DNA of 32,000 nt from Wallemia ichthyophaga EXF-994 (taxonomy: Eukaryota; Fungi; Basidiomycota): NCBI RefSeq assembly GCF_000400465.1, contig NW_008806281.1:270001-302000 (forward strand), given 5' to 3'. Below are positions 10,001 to 23,197 of this stretch, piece after piece. Below the pieces are notes generated by a model, which had not been told where the DNA came from, ran no database searches, and worked only from the letters and a program-made list of their open reading frames with translations. How positions within the stretch are numbered: position 1 is the stretch's first letter; the number at the start of each line of letters is the position of its first letter. The translations under genes were made by a program, and so were the position numbers.

Positions 10001-11324
10001 ATGGTACAACCAGGCTCAAAAGGAAAGGTTCTCCTCGCGTACTCTGGCGGTTTAGATACTTCTTGTATCCTAGTTTGGCTCATTGAGCAAGGCTACGATG
10101 TCGTCGCTTACCTCGCAAACGTCGGCCAAGAAGAAGATTTCAACGCCGCAAGAGAGAAGGCGATGAAAATTGGCGCAAAGTCTTTCCATTGCGATGTTAG
10201 TGCTGCGTAAATCCTTCCCGTAATTGCACTCAACCTTTTCTTAGGACCTCCGCCGCGAATTCGTTGAAGAGCTCATTTACCCCGCCGTTCAAGCAAACTG
10301 CATTTACGAGGGTATTTACCTCCTTGGTACCTCTCTTGCACGTCCTGTCATCGCCAGAGGCATGATGGCTGTCGCAAAGCGCGAAGGCTGCGACTTTGTC
10401 TCTCACGGATGCACGGGCAAAGGAAACGATCAAGTTCGTTTCGAATTAGCCTTCTACGGTCTCAACCCTGAGATTACTGTTATTGCCCCATGGAGAAACC
10501 CTGAATTCTACGACCGTTTCCCAGGCAGATCCGCTCTCCTTCAATACGCCGCAGAGAAGGGCATTCCTGTATCTCAAACTACCTCCAAGCCTTGGTCCAC
10601 CGATGAGAACCTCTTCCACATTTCCTATGAAGCTGGTATCCTCGAGGACCCTAACACTACCCCTCCAGCTGATATGTGGAAGCTCACTCAATCTCCACAA
10701 GAAGCTCCAGAGAAGCCAGAAGACATCACTATCGAATTTGCGAACGGTTTGCCTGTAAAGCTTCACGTAAAGGAGACTGGCAAGACTCACACAGACAAGG
10801 TCGACGTCTTCGTCACCCTCAACGCTCTCGCCAGAAACCACGGTATCGGTAGAATTGATATCGTCGAGAACCGCTTCATCGGTCTCAAGTCTAGAGGTTG
10901 CTACGAATCTCCTGGTGCTACCATCCTCAGAGCCGCGCACATGGATCTCGAGGGTCTCACTCTCGACAGAAACGTCAGGGCACTCAGAGATCAATTCATA
11001 ACCCCTCAACTCTCCAACATTCTCTACAACGGATACTTCTTCTCTCCAGAGCGTGACTTTGTCGTCAGCGCCATTCCTGCCTCACAGAAGACGGTCAACG
11101 GTGAAGTCAAACTGAAGCTTTACAAGGGCAATGTCGTTGTCTGCGGTAGAAAGTCTGATGAGGGTCTCTATGATGAGTCAGCTGCTTCGATGGATGAACT
11201 AGGTGGCTTCTTGCCTACTGATACCACCGGTTTCATTGCCATCGAGTCCATCCGTCTCAGACAATGGGCAAAGGCTAAGGCTGCCAAGGGTCAATCGGGT
11301 ATTGAGCCAACCGATGTCTACTAA
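10001..11324 (+). CDS. ARG1: Argininosuccinate synthase
   Basis: [69 protein letters not shown]. Intron 10196-10244. Confidence 0.98.
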
Positions 11325-11553
11325 GGTGTTAACTGAGGTGTTATGGTGTTATACTAATTGCTTTGTTTAAAAAAGGTTTTATTTTATGCGTTTCTTTCAT
11401 TCACTTAGTTGTTCATATAGCCAATGTATATTAAATTATACTCAGCACTTTACCGATTCGCGCGGATACTGTGCTTGATCCAAGGCACAATCTTATGTCT
11501 TGAGAAGCACATGTCTTGATGGACACATGCCTAGTATTTAATAAGCATTCGTG

Positions 11554-13229
11554 ATGGGTTTTAGAAGAACTGCAAGCTTTCAAATACTACTCATCACTCT
11601 AATAGCATTGTTATCCGCTCTGACCAGCGCCAGCACTGGCACCGACACTGGCACCGGCACCAGCACTAAGAAATGGCCAGACCTATCGATCTCACCACAA
11701 GGACAACACTTGTCGCGTCTCGACGACACACCTTTTTTCTGGCAAGCTGACACTGCATGGGAGCTAGCAGCGCGTCAGAACGCCACAGATGTCGACGCCT
11801 ACCTCTCCAACCGAGCAAGTAAAGGGTTCAACGTGGTACAAATAGTAGCTGTGGCAGATTTGAATGAAACGACGCACCCCAACTACTACGGTCGTCTCCA
11901 CTGCATGACGCTGACCCCACGCGTCCCGTCGAAGACTACTTCCGCTACCTGGACTGGGTGGTTGAGCGTGCGGCTGACTATGGTAGGTGTATGGTAGTTT
12001 GTACCTTGCAGCAACCCGCACTAACACACTCAGGCATCCTCGTCGCTCTCGTGCCTACGTGGGGTCGCTGGGTGAATTGCGGGTGGAGAGGCCGACCGGT
12101 GATATTCGACGTGGAGAATGCGTGCGTGTTCGTTGAGTACATAGGCGCGCGCTATGCAGGACTTGCCAAGAAAGTGGGTGCGGACAGCAATGCTGACTGG
12201 GCCTGCTCTATTCCAGCAGTACAGGCGGAGTACCAGGAGAACCGCAGCGAGGACCCCTTCGCAATGCTGCCTCCGCTCACATAAGCATGTTCGGTTTGGG
12301 CTGCAATGGTGGACGGTATGGCCGACGCGGTAGACAACCTCTTCGTCACTTACCACCCAACTAACAAGTATATCAACGTTAGTGGCCTGTCGTTGGCGTA
12401 TGGAAACAATTACTTCAACGAGACACTCGGCGCTCATAGCATCAACGTCTCTATGGATGCCGTGCAATCGAGACATGGTGTATCTACGTCGAATGAGGCC
12501 ATTGTGGGATGGAACTCTCTCAGAAACTATGAACTGATCGACGGAATGCGCAAGACTTTCAGCGGGCCAGTCATCAATCTCGAAAATCACTACGAAACAG
12601 GCCATGTCCCTTTCAAACCCGAGCTGGGGGTGTGGAATAGTAGTGATGTCAGACGCCGGCTCTGGAACGGCTTCTTTGCAGGTAGCACAGGAGTCATATA
12701 TGGTGCTGTCTCTGCGTGGCAGCTCTACGATTCTCCTTGGCTGCTAGATAAAGAGCGGCTGCATATTGCCCGGCAAACCAGCTTAAATTACATCGCTTTT
12801 TGAAAATCCGACCTGTAGCTGGAGGGTGCGGGGCAAGTACAACACCTGCAGAAACTGTTCGAACTCTTGTGCAAAGAAAGCTACCTCGCTCTCACTCCAG
12901 ATAGCTCCTTCATCAAGTATGATCGTGTGTTCAGCTACGAGGAGAACAGACACGTGGGTGGGATGCGCAGTGGAGATATGTAATGGGTTTATACTGGCCA
13001 CGGAGACACTTTCGAGCTGTATGTAGAGTGTAATGGCATGATGGTTTCGCAGTGGTAAAACCCGCGCAATGGGTCTTATAGCGAGCAAAGCAAGCAAAAT
13101 GCAGCTTCAATCGTCACTTCATGCACGACCCAAATATATACTCCACCCACAAGCGGTACAGTCGAAGATTACTGGGTGCTGTGTGGTGTGCAATGTTTAA
13201 AGTATTGTGAGCAATGCAATATAAACTGA
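11554..13229 (+). pseudogene. Disrupted secreted DUF4038 (GH140/apiosidase-like) glycoside hydrolase with C-terminal collagen-binding-like domain
   Basis: Signal peptide, PFFWQADTAWEL, RASKGFNVVQ, LVPTWG, PVINLENHYE, FAGSTGVIYG, EGAGQVQHL, WxNPRNG. Frameshift near 11898 and in-frame stops at 12282, 12801, 12816, 12981 and 13056. The 3' end is approximate. Confidence 0.8.
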
Positions 13230-13382
13230 ACTGGTAATATTCTTGTACGATTGAAACAATTGATATAAATGACGCATTTGGTATTATCAAAGAAGCAAAG
13301 AGCAGCCAATAAGCACTATGTTGTAGGGAGTAAGCATTAAGCAGTAACCCAAACAAACTACCAAACCACTATACGCTATGCA

Positions 13383-16300
13383 CTATGCACCGATGATAGT
13401 CTGTCTCTGTATAATAGAGCACTGATTCTCATCTCTGCCGACATGCCAAAAGAAGTTAGTGACATTATACTGACTGAGATACTTCAAGAAATCCTCGTCA
13501 TGCGTAATGAGTATGAGTTGAAAATTCACATCAAGCTGCTTGCGTTCGTGTATCAACTCTGCCAAGCCACTAGCGAGCGACTGAATATTTTCCTGGTCGA
13601 GGTTGGTTGTAGGTTCATCTAGGGCGAGGATGCCACACTTATCCCCGAAGCTGTCTGCCAATGCCAAGCGAATTATAATCGACGCTAGCACCTTCTGTCC
13701 AGCTGAGCACCTACCGCGCATATCCATCTCGGTGCGATCTTTCGCCATGACGACGCGGTAGTTGTACGATTTGCCTCCACGTGCGCCTTCTGCATCGGAT
13801 CGGATAGCTATCGTGTCGATGTCGGTGCCCTGGTATGTGCGCTGCCAGAGGTGGTGTATCTGTTCGTTGATTTCGTCCATCTTTAGACCGTGGAACTGGA
13901 GAATAGCGCTGTTGTAAAGTGAGTGAGCTCATTAAAAACAAACACTATAAATACCCACCCCTCGAGTGCTTTGGCATATTTCTCCAGATCGTCGTTCGCG
14001 AGTGAAGAAGCGGTGACGGCAACATGCTGACGATGGTGTATATAGTCGATATCCTTGTACTCACTATCGAGGTCACTTGTCAACCCATCGATTCTCTTCT
14101 TCTCGCTGAGGAGCTCTCCACCGAGAGCATAATGCTGGGCCTGTTTATCTGCCTCCTTTGCGCGACTATCATCGTACATCTCATCGAATTCTCTTTTAGC
14201 GCGCGTCGTTTCCTCGAGATCGTACGAGTTAATCTGATCGCGCAACTCGTCGAGTTCTCTAGCGAGTTTGCGATGTCGGATATTATCGCTTAAGTTCCGC
14301 TCTGCCTCTTTCGCGCTCGCGGCCGTCTGTTCGTATGAGCGAATGTTCTCGTGGAGACGTTGAGCGTGTGTGCGCGACTCCGCCTCTTCAGCTTCGAGAG
14401 CGGCGATGCGCTCGAGTGTTTCAGCCAGTTTCGTGAGCACGTCGCTGGATACGTACCCCGCAATGGTGCGGTTGGCAGAGAGAAGCTGCTGCACGTATCC
14501 CTCTACTTTGTGGAGTTTGGAGCGGGCAGTCTCCTCAGCACGCTCAACTTGCTCACTGTGCTCACACTTCTCCCGCTCTAGTACATCTCGTGGACCAGAC
14601 AAAGCGTCTATCTCTGGATCAAGCATGCGCGATTGGTCACTCAGCTGCCGTATCTCCAGATCTATCTCAGTTAGTCCACCCTTGGCAGCTTCTAGCTCCC
14701 GAGCTGCGTTACGAGACTGCTCTAGTGATAACTGTTTCTCGTGATGGCACTCCTGAGCATGCGATAGCTCCTGCATTTTCTTCGCCTTGGCATGCTGAGC
14801 CACTGTAAGTTCATCAGCCGTGCTGCGAATGCGCGCGGATATATCGCCCAGCTCCCGCTGTACTTCTTCAAGGGTGAGGGAGGAGTTGGAGGTGAGTTTG
14901 AGTTCGCGTTCGAGCGAACTGATCTCCCGCTCAAGGTCTTTTATCTCGCGCAGCACACGCGATACGTCTCCAGCTAGCATCTTGAGCTGCTCAAGCTCAC
15001 CAAGAGCTTTCTTACCCGCGTCGAGACCTGAATCTGCTCTATTAACATCTCTCTCCAGTATCGAGTGCTTCGCTTCGAGCTCGCCGATTGACGTAGTGAG
15101 TGAAGGCAGCTCAACACTGCACATGCGATCGAGATTGCTCGCTACTGGCTTAAGAATTTTTAACCCCTCGTGTATGCGCGACCACTCCTTCATGTCATTC
15201 TCCACCTCATCCAGATGGGCCGGATTGAGTTTGTCGAGACGGCTGTTTACATACGATTCAAATTTGCCCATCTCGTCACCATCGCTAATGCTCCTATTGC
15301 AACAACGACATTTGTGTTTGGCGCGTGCAATTTCGAGAGCCTTGCGCAGAAAATCCCCAGTACCACTACTTTCGTGTATCTCAGCCATACAACCGTTCTT
15401 CTCTTCCTCTGCGACGCGCGTTGCTTCTTCGAGCGTAGCAGCGTCAGTCTGGGACGATTTCAATGCCTCATCTATGCGTTTCTCCACATCTGCGTGATAG
15501 CCTTGTTAGTAATGCGATGCTTACGAAGCAAATCAACCCCAACCCACGCGCTATCTCTGCCTTCTTTCCCTTTTCACGCTGCCTCTCACCGCCGAGTATC
15601 GTCTCGAGCTGGTTGAACTGCTTGGTAAGAGACTTGTATTCACTCTGCTCGCGTTCAAAATCACCCTCGCGCTCGCGATACAAGCGACCAACGGATATCT
15701 CAAGTGTCTCTGGATCGCTATCTGTGAAATAAACATCTATTAGCGCCTGCTTGTTAGCGACGCTTGACTGTACTGTACTCTGCTTGCGCTCAAGATCAGA
15801 CTTTTTGATAGCAAGGCGTGCACGCGTGTCAGATTGCTGGTTGAGTGTAGCCATCTCCCCATTACGTTCATCCTTGCGCTCTTCGAGGGAGCGTATCGTC
15901 GCTGTCATATCGGAAATCTTGTCGTCGTAGCGCAAAGATACAACATCATCATTGATGGCTTGAAGCTGACGATAGGATTGATCGACATCGCTCTTCATGC
16001 CTTCAATTTTGTTATATGTGGTGCTAAGATCATCGATTTGAGACTGAGTACGACAGCGCTTCAGGTTATGCTGATCAATCTGCTGTCGGATACTAATTTT
16101 AGCTTGTTGCTTTGCAACTAGTTGGGCTGCGATACTCTGCACTTGCTGCTCGAATTCACGTTGTTTGAGAGTGCCGTCGTTGCGCACTTTCGTGACCTCT
16201 TGGAGGTGCATTTTAACACGACCTTTGAGGCTATCGAGGAAGGCGATGGCAGCATCTTGGTTATCGTACGAGTCCATTTCGATGCGCATGTTCAACTCGC

Positions 16301-17486
16301 GGGCGACATCACCAATGAGGTCAAACCTCTTGCGCAACTCGTCGTCGTATTTGGTGGCCTCGGCTTCGAGTTGACCTCTTGTGGTTAGGAGAGATTGAAG
16401 GCGGCGGTTGATGAGGGATGATGATTCTAGCTGTGAATGATACAGGACTGACTCGCTGTCTTTCAATCTCAACTGCTCATCGAGGTGAGACTGAAAGTTT
16501 GTTTGGCGGATATGCAAATCTTGATCAGAGTCGTTGAGAATGGAGATGGAGAGGGAGAGAGAGTTTAGGTTGTCTTGGATGAGAGTTTCACGTTGTTCAA
16601 GAGTTTCAACCTTCTGAAAAATTTCAGTCAACTTGGAAGCAGATTGGTAGAGTTCGCTGTTAGCATGAGAGAGGGTGTCTATTTCAATGGCCAATTCATC
16701 AAAAAGGAGTTGTTTATGGTGAATGTCATTTGTGAGGGAATTGAGTTGATGACGTAATTTGGAAGCCCTATCTTTATCTGAGGAGAGCGATTTAAGTTTC
16801 TCAGATTGAAGTTTAAGATCGATGTTTCTGTCTTTTCTAAGAACCTTTATGCTATCTAAAGCCTTTGTAAACCTCGTTGCCTCGAAAATGTCGTCAAATT
16901 TTTTTTTCAAAACGGAAGGTTCAGACAAAGGCCAATTGGAGTCTTCTTGATGGCAAAAGATGACGTTATCGAGAACAGCTTTTGAAGCGCCGATGAAGAG
17001 AGGGAGATCGTTATCGATAGCAGCGCACTTGGAAGAAATGGCGTTCCTCTTGTTGGTCTTTGTGTCGATGGATTGTAGAGTAGCTTCGAGGGTCTTTGAG
17101 GAGAGTGTGTTTGATCTGGATTGGGTTGCTTGTAGATTTCGGGTAACAGTGAGTGTCTGTTTGGATGTCGATGTGAATCTTAGCTTTACTTGGGCTTTTA
17201 CTTGAGTTTCATTGGCCAGCTTTGGATCGTGGATGAAAGCGCCGCCTTTTGAATTCGGAGGGAGATAACCGGTAGTGGAGTATTTCAAGCATTCAATAAT
17301 TGTAGTCTTCCCACTCCCATTATGCCCAGAAATGATTGTGATTGGCTTATCAAACTGGATAACTTCGTTTGATTTATCGTCAAAGGAGCGTATACCACGT
17401 ATTAGCAGCTTCTGTATATAGCCTGGGTTTATTAGAAATATTAGATTTACCTTCAAATTTACCAGCATCTCCTTTAACTCACTCAT
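13383..17486 (-). CDS. RAD50: DNA repair protein Rad50 (MRN complex SMC-like ATPase)
   Basis: [16 protein letters not shown] (4-nt first coding exon, intron 17423-17482), Walker [20 protein letters not shown], long coiled coils, hook CRCC, signature CSAGQ, Walker B LALDEPT. Further introns near 15490-15547 and 13912-13961. Confidence 0.96.
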
Positions 17487-17497
17487 CGACGTCACTA

Positions 17498-19573
17498 ATG
17501 AAGGAGATTCGCTGTGTGGTTTGCGGTGATCAAGGCGTTGGAAAGACGTCGATAATCGTTAATTTAATTAAAAATGATTTTATAGAGGTGGTTGATCACT
17601 GCCTGCCTGAGGTGGTTGTCGAGTTGGATAACAATCTACACCTGATCGACACTAGTTCCTTGAATTTAGAGCGAGAACTAAAGAAATCTAATGTTATATG
17701 CCTGGTCTACTCTGTCGCTGACCCTAATAACCACGAAAATATTCAAAATTGGCTTCTCTACTTTAAATCTATCGGGATCAATAACCCTATCATTCTAATC
17801 GGCAATAAAATTGACTTGGACTGTCCCAGCTACTCTCTCCACTCGGACATTACCCCAATCATGAAGCAATTCAAACAAGTTGAGTCTTGTGTTGAGTCTT
17901 CGGCGAAATTGTCTATAAACATCAACGAAATCTTTTATTTCGCTCAGAGGGCTGTTCTCTATCCTACAGCTCCCTTATACGATTCCAGGCTACACACCCT
18001 TAAGCCTGCTTCTGCAGCTGCTTTGTCTAGGATTTTCAAACTCTGCGATTCAAATAAAGATGGTCTCCTTGATTATACTGAGCTCAATGCATTTCAAATA
18101 AAGTGCTTCAACTCGCCTTTGTCCGATGGAGACCTCCGAGACATTACCCAGCTCGTCTCCCAGCACTCCCCCCAAACCATCAGCACACTCCCAGACAATT
18201 CAATCGCTCTCACGCAACTCGGATTCATCCTCCTTCATACCATCTTTATCCAGAGAGGAAGACTGGAAACCACGTGGTCTGTTTTGACTAACTTTGGCTA
18301 CGCCCAGGATTTGCGATTGAAGGAAGATTTCCTGTATCCAGAGTGGGTTTCATTTACACCCTTCTACTCTTAACTTATTACATACAGTCTCCACATACCC
18401 CCAAACTCATCTGTAGAACTCTCTCCACAAGGCTACTCATTTTTTACTGAGATTTTTGAAAAGTTCGATGTAGATAAGGATGGAGCGTTGTGCGAGAGCG
18501 AGCTAGAAGAGCTATTCGCAACGTCGCCCGGTAATCCATGGCTCAATAATGGGTTCCCCGACACCACACTTACAGACGAGAAAGGTGCCGTCACTCTGCA
18601 GGGCTGGCTAGCGCAGTGGAGGTGAGTGTGCGAGCGCTTCTACGAAATATCGCACTCATAAACCCACAACCACAGCATGACTACACTCCTCGATCACAAA
18701 ACTACATTAGCTTATCTCGCCTACTTGGGCTACGAGATGGCTTCTGCGCACGAGAACGCAACAACGACATCTGCGCTAAAAACTACCCCTCCTCGTCGTC
18801 GTTCGGGGGATCGCGGAGCTCTTCAGCGCAATGTATTCCTCGCCTATATCATAGGTGCGCCCAACGCCGGCAAAACGAGCCTGCTGCGCGCGCTGCTCAA
18901 CAAGCCGTTTGCTGGTGGGGGTAGTGTGGGTAGCTCGAGCGGTGGGAGTGTGCTGAACGCTGTGAATGCAGTAGAGATGGAAGGTGGTGAGAAGTACCTA
19001 GTAGCGCAGGAGGTGGTTGATTTTGCTGATGTCGCGGGGGGTAGTGGGAGTGTTAGTGGCAAGCACGCCAAGGGCAAACCAGCCACTACGCATCTCCCCC
19101 ACCTTCACAAAGCGGATGTGCTCGTACTAGCGTACGACTGCTCCGACGCCACATCCTTCGCACACCTCACGCACCTAAACAGCATTCACAACCTAGATGG
19201 GCTAGACACGCCGTGCGTCTACGTCGCTACCAAGTCAGACCTTGATCTCGCGCAGCAGCGCAGCGACGTACAACCAGATGTTTATTGTAGGCGTCGCGCA
19301 CTTAATGTGCCCATCGCTGTGAGCGTACAGGCTGGCGAAACGGCGGGACTATTCCAGTATATCTGTTCAGTCGCCAGTACACCCCTTCAAGCCCTGCCGA
19401 GACAGAGGAGAGGAAGGAACGTCGTTAACGCACTCTCTATCGCACTCACTCTCGGGGCTGGCTCTATTGGTATACTTGCCTTTCTCGCCAGAGTTTACGG
19501 CTGGAGATCTCCCACTTCTCTCCTGCTGTCTACGTATAGAGGCGCGTTGCTGTGGGCCAGGAGCTGGCTGTAG
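17498..19573 (+). CDS. GEM1: Mitochondrial Rho (Miro) GTPase: GTPase-EF-EF-GTPase-TM
   Basis: GDQGVGKT, FYFAQRAVLYPTAPLYD, EF hands DSNKDGLLD and DVDKDGAL, GWLAQWSMTTLLD, second P-loop GAPNAGKT and C-terminal TM. Introns 18343-18387 and 18622-18675. Confidence 0.96.
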
Positions 19574-19731
19574 GGGAGTATTATGATATGATTTTGATTT
19601 TCATTCATTTTATTTATTTTTATTCTCGTCTTATCTGTCTTGCTTTCCACGTTGGTCACCTGCATAAATTAATTCTCGCGCGTAATTAACAGATAGGCAA
19701 TGGGTGTTGGAGCATCACGACGACGACGACG

Positions 19732-20660
19732 ATGCTTAAGAAACTACTAACACTGATAATAGCACTCACACTCACACACGCACTAAAGGGAAGCTGCCCA
19801 GCGGATTTGCCGGTCAGCTGCAGCAGAGAGGCGCGCCAATCGCCCGCGGACAGCTGCTGTGTGGAGAAGAACGGGCTACTACTGCTAACGTAAGTAGAGT
19901 TCAATCATGCCACAACCTTATCTTACACCGCGCTACAGCCAATTCTGGGACTGGGTAGGTGAAGCTTGGTATCGGCACCAAATGACGTCACCTGACACCA
20001 CACCAGCACTACTCACCCTACGAAGGCCACGAAGACATGTGGACGCTGCACGGGCTCTGGCCTGATCGCTGCGATGGCAGTTATCCCCAGTTCTGCGATA
20101 ACAGCATGCAGCTGCACAACATCACCTCCTCCCTTCTAGCAGCGGGCGAGACGGACCTCTACCAGGCTATGAGCACTGTATGGCTCGATAACCGTGGACA
20201 CAACGAGCACTTTTGGCAGCATGAGTGGAACAAACACGGTAGTTGCTACAGCACACTCAAACCAGCCTGTCAAGCGGATAGCAGCGAGAGTGGGAGCGAG
20301 AACGTGGACACAATGATTGACTACTTTTCTCGCATTCTTAACACCTACAACCGCTTCCCGACCTACGAATTCTTGGCGAACAGAGGCATAACTCCTTCTT
20401 CTACACACACTTACAAACTGGCAGACATCAAGCACGCGCTCAAGGAAGCATTTGGTTACGCTCCAACTATCAAGTGCGATGGTGGCGGTAATAAGGTACA
20501 CGAAGTTTGGTACTCGTTCAACCTCGAGGGACCACTTGTTTCAGGAACGCTCCTCCCGCGTGAGCAAGTGTCCGCTGATAGCTGCAGCCAGGACGTCTAC
20601 TACCTTCCCAAGCACCAGTCGCGTAACAAGCACAGCGCCAGTGCCATTCCGTGGGTATGA
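19732..20660 (+). CDS. Secreted ribonuclease T2
   Basis: Signal peptide MLKKLLTLIIALTLTHA, SCC..GLLLLTQFWD, CAS I WTLHGLWP, CAS II FWQHEWNKHGSC. Two short 5' introns. Confidence 0.93.
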
Positions 20661-20701
20661 AAGGGAAAACAAAACTAAATCAACATCCAAATACATCTTG
20701 T

Positions 20702-21879
20702 TTACACAGTTTGCTTCTTATTCTCCACACTTCTGCTCTCTTTCTCGCTCAATTCCAACCGTGAATAGAGCATCTGGGTGCAATCGCTGGCGAGAGTGAT
20801 TGTGGCTGCAGCGATGGCAGTACGCAGCCACACGGGATCACCCGCAAACTCCCAAGCTTGTGCATCACGTAAGCACAGAGGAATGGGAGACCTCCGCACC
20901 ACTTTCTGCGTGTATCCCAAGACGGGGTGGAGAATGCGTACACCAAGGAGTAAATCAGCGAGGAGACGACTAGCGAAAGGCCAGGCGAGGGTGGTTGTGA
21001 GGTATCTGCATACGGTGGAGAGCGTGAGTTTGTATCTGAATTGAGTGTCTCGTGCGTGTGGGTTGTTTTCATCGCCATTTCCAACCTCATTCTCATTTTC
21101 GTTTTCATCCACCAAACCCTCACCTTCGTCATCATTGCCATACTGCAGCTGGAACTCTGCACCAGCTATGCTGAATGTCTCCCGACGCGCTCCGCGTGCT
21201 GCTTCGGGAGTGAACCATCCCGCCAATCTCGCGCGACACCACCCGTAAGCCGCGCGGAGAGGGGGTACACAAGCCAGCGTAAGCATTGGGCTGGGTGGCC
21301 AAGCAACGTCTATCGGCTGCACTGGGAAGATGTAGCTGTAAGGAATCACGAAGAAATAAGTCGCAGGGAATTTGTCTGGGAAGTTTGAGTTGTAAAACAT
21401 GAGTGCCCAGGGAACGAGCGAGAGAGAGGACCACATGCGCCATGACCACTGTGGTTTGTTGAGGAGGCTGGCAGAAGCCAGTGGGCCTAGGACTGCACGC
21501 GCCACTGCTGCCCCGTAGAGTGCACCGACGCCAGAAACGCCAAGACCGAGTCCTGTAATGGAGTGAGTGGGTGTCTTCTCGCGCTTCTCGTGCGTCTCCA
21601 CCCACCGGCTATCGTCGCTAGAGGTGATATCCGCCTGAGGAGCTTGTCGGCAGAACGCAGAGGTCTGAGGAGCGGCGGAGTACGCGTAACTATCCTGTAG
21701 CGCTCTCCACACTGCGGACATTGCACTGGACTGTCTGCGTCGTCACTCAGCTTGGATTGCACCCACACGAGAAGGCATTCCTTATGCGCTATCAACGAGC
21801 AGCTGCATGGCGTAGACCACGCGTTGTCGTCATCATCCGTCTTATCAACTAAACAGATCCAGCACCTATTCTCAGCCAT
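20702..21879 (-). CDS. RING-CH (MARCH-type) membrane E3 ubiquitin ligase, MARCH5-like
   Basis: CWIC...PCSC..AHKEC..W..CPQC (C4HC3 RING-CH) followed by several TM segments. Intron ~21553-21605. Confidence 0.8.
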
Positions 21880-21943
21880 CGTTGTGATGGCGGAAGAAGA
21901 CAAAGGTGAAAAATAAAATGAAAATATTTGGCACAAAAAATAT

Positions 21944-23123
21944 CTACAGCATATCAATGTCATCGTTCTCAAGCGGTCTAAGCTGTTGGTGTGTCAGTAG
22001 AGCACATTGCCTACTACTCACCCACAACGAAATCTATGAATGTCTGCTTGCCATGAGCGTCTATGACCATCATCTGTAGGCTGAGCATCCCAATGCTGTT
22101 TATACGCAAGCTAGTCTTGTGCGACGCAGCAATAGCTTTAGAGGCGTGGAGAATATGTGCAGCTCTATACCTCTCACACACCACGCCTTCTACACTCCTC
22201 ACTATACTATCGATAGGACCATCGTCCCGCAGAGCCAGCTGCTCGCTTTCTGGGAAATCAAACTCCAGCGCACCAGTCTCGGAAATGGCACTGAGACGCA
22301 GAGCAGGGGCATTAGCGGATGTGTCTGCGGGTGAAGACAGTGTTACTACATCTGTCTGCGTCTCGAGCGCTGCAAGTGCATCAGACAGCCACTGCGATTG
22401 CATTATCACCTTCATCTGTCTATATTTGAGATGACGTCATTTGCGCAATCTACCCGCCAAACAGCACACTCACACGCTTTCATCGTCGAATGGCAGCTCT
22501 AGTGCTCCATCAGAAGCAATATCATACTCATTCGTCTTGAGCTCGACAGTTGTCTGCGGTGACCACATACTGTCGTCTGGGAGAATAGTAGGGGGAGCGA
22601 TGCTGTGTTGTTAGAAGGGGAAATCAAGCAACTCCACACACACATATCTAATGCTAGTGGATATCCATATCCCTGGTAATTCAATTTCAACACTGTAGGC
22701 ACATCCTGCTCTCCTTTTTCGGAACAAGTAAAATTCGCGTTGGTCACCGTCGTAGTGGCATTGCCGTAGATGTTCATAGTTTCTATTAGGCTACTGATTG
22801 ATATTTCCATCTGCACTGCACCTTCACTGGACTTAAACGCGTATTCGTCGAAGAACGTACGCGGTATATACCCTTTCGCTGTGACTTCTTGTCCGGATTG
22901 TACGGTGAACTGTAGTCCAGCATCGCGTATCTGTAGTACAGCGAGCTGCGTGGGTGGGTGGTTGTCAGTTTACATCGCTTTGTGCTTACATTTGCTAACC
23001 TTGGCAAAGCCTATGGATTTCAGTACTGCGTGGACTGAACGTATATCACACGTCTTGGCTGATAGTATCTAAGGCTTGAAAATTACTTGTCTGGATTGCT
23101 ATTAAATTACAACGCACTGTCAT
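21944..23123 (-). CDS. RAD1: Rad1/Rec1/Rad17 subunit of the 9-1-1 checkpoint clamp, multi-exon
   Basis: Spliced model MTILSAKTCDIRSVHAVLKSIGF..GLQFTV..AKGYIPRTFFDEY..SLIETMNIYG..YQGYGYPL..KVIMQSQWLSDAL..ASHKTSLRINSIGMLSLQ..FIDFV, a PCNA-like Rad1 pattern. The name follows S. pombe/human usage. Confidence 0.82.
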
Positions 23124-23197
23124 CGCCTGCCTGCGTGTTGACACCAGACAACAACAATCCAAGTAAATTCAAGTAAATTACTAGTAGGAAATCCAAA

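Noticed and set aside
12282-13058. Stop-codon readthrough or alternative genetic code in the DUF4038 gene
   Set aside because: All three stop types occur along with a frameshift, and neighbouring genes use TAA, TAG and TGA as normal stops. Pseudogenisation explains it better.
14024-15732. Many long antisense ORFs opposite RAD50 (also opposite ARG1, ERG12, SEC72 and the DUF4038 gene)
   Set aside because: These are shadow ORFs expected opposite GC-rich coding sequence, with no recognisable domains.
17369-17495. Apparent overlap of the RAD50 and GEM1 ORFs in the ORF track
   Set aside because: The extensions arise from non-ATG or intron-spanning ORF calls. Family-consistent starts (17486 and 17498) do not overlap.
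13383-23123. DNA-repair gene cluster (RAD50 + RAD1) or mitochondrial cluster (GEM1 + MARCH5-like)
   Set aside because: The genes are separated by unrelated genes. In a genome this dense, chance proximity is sufficient.
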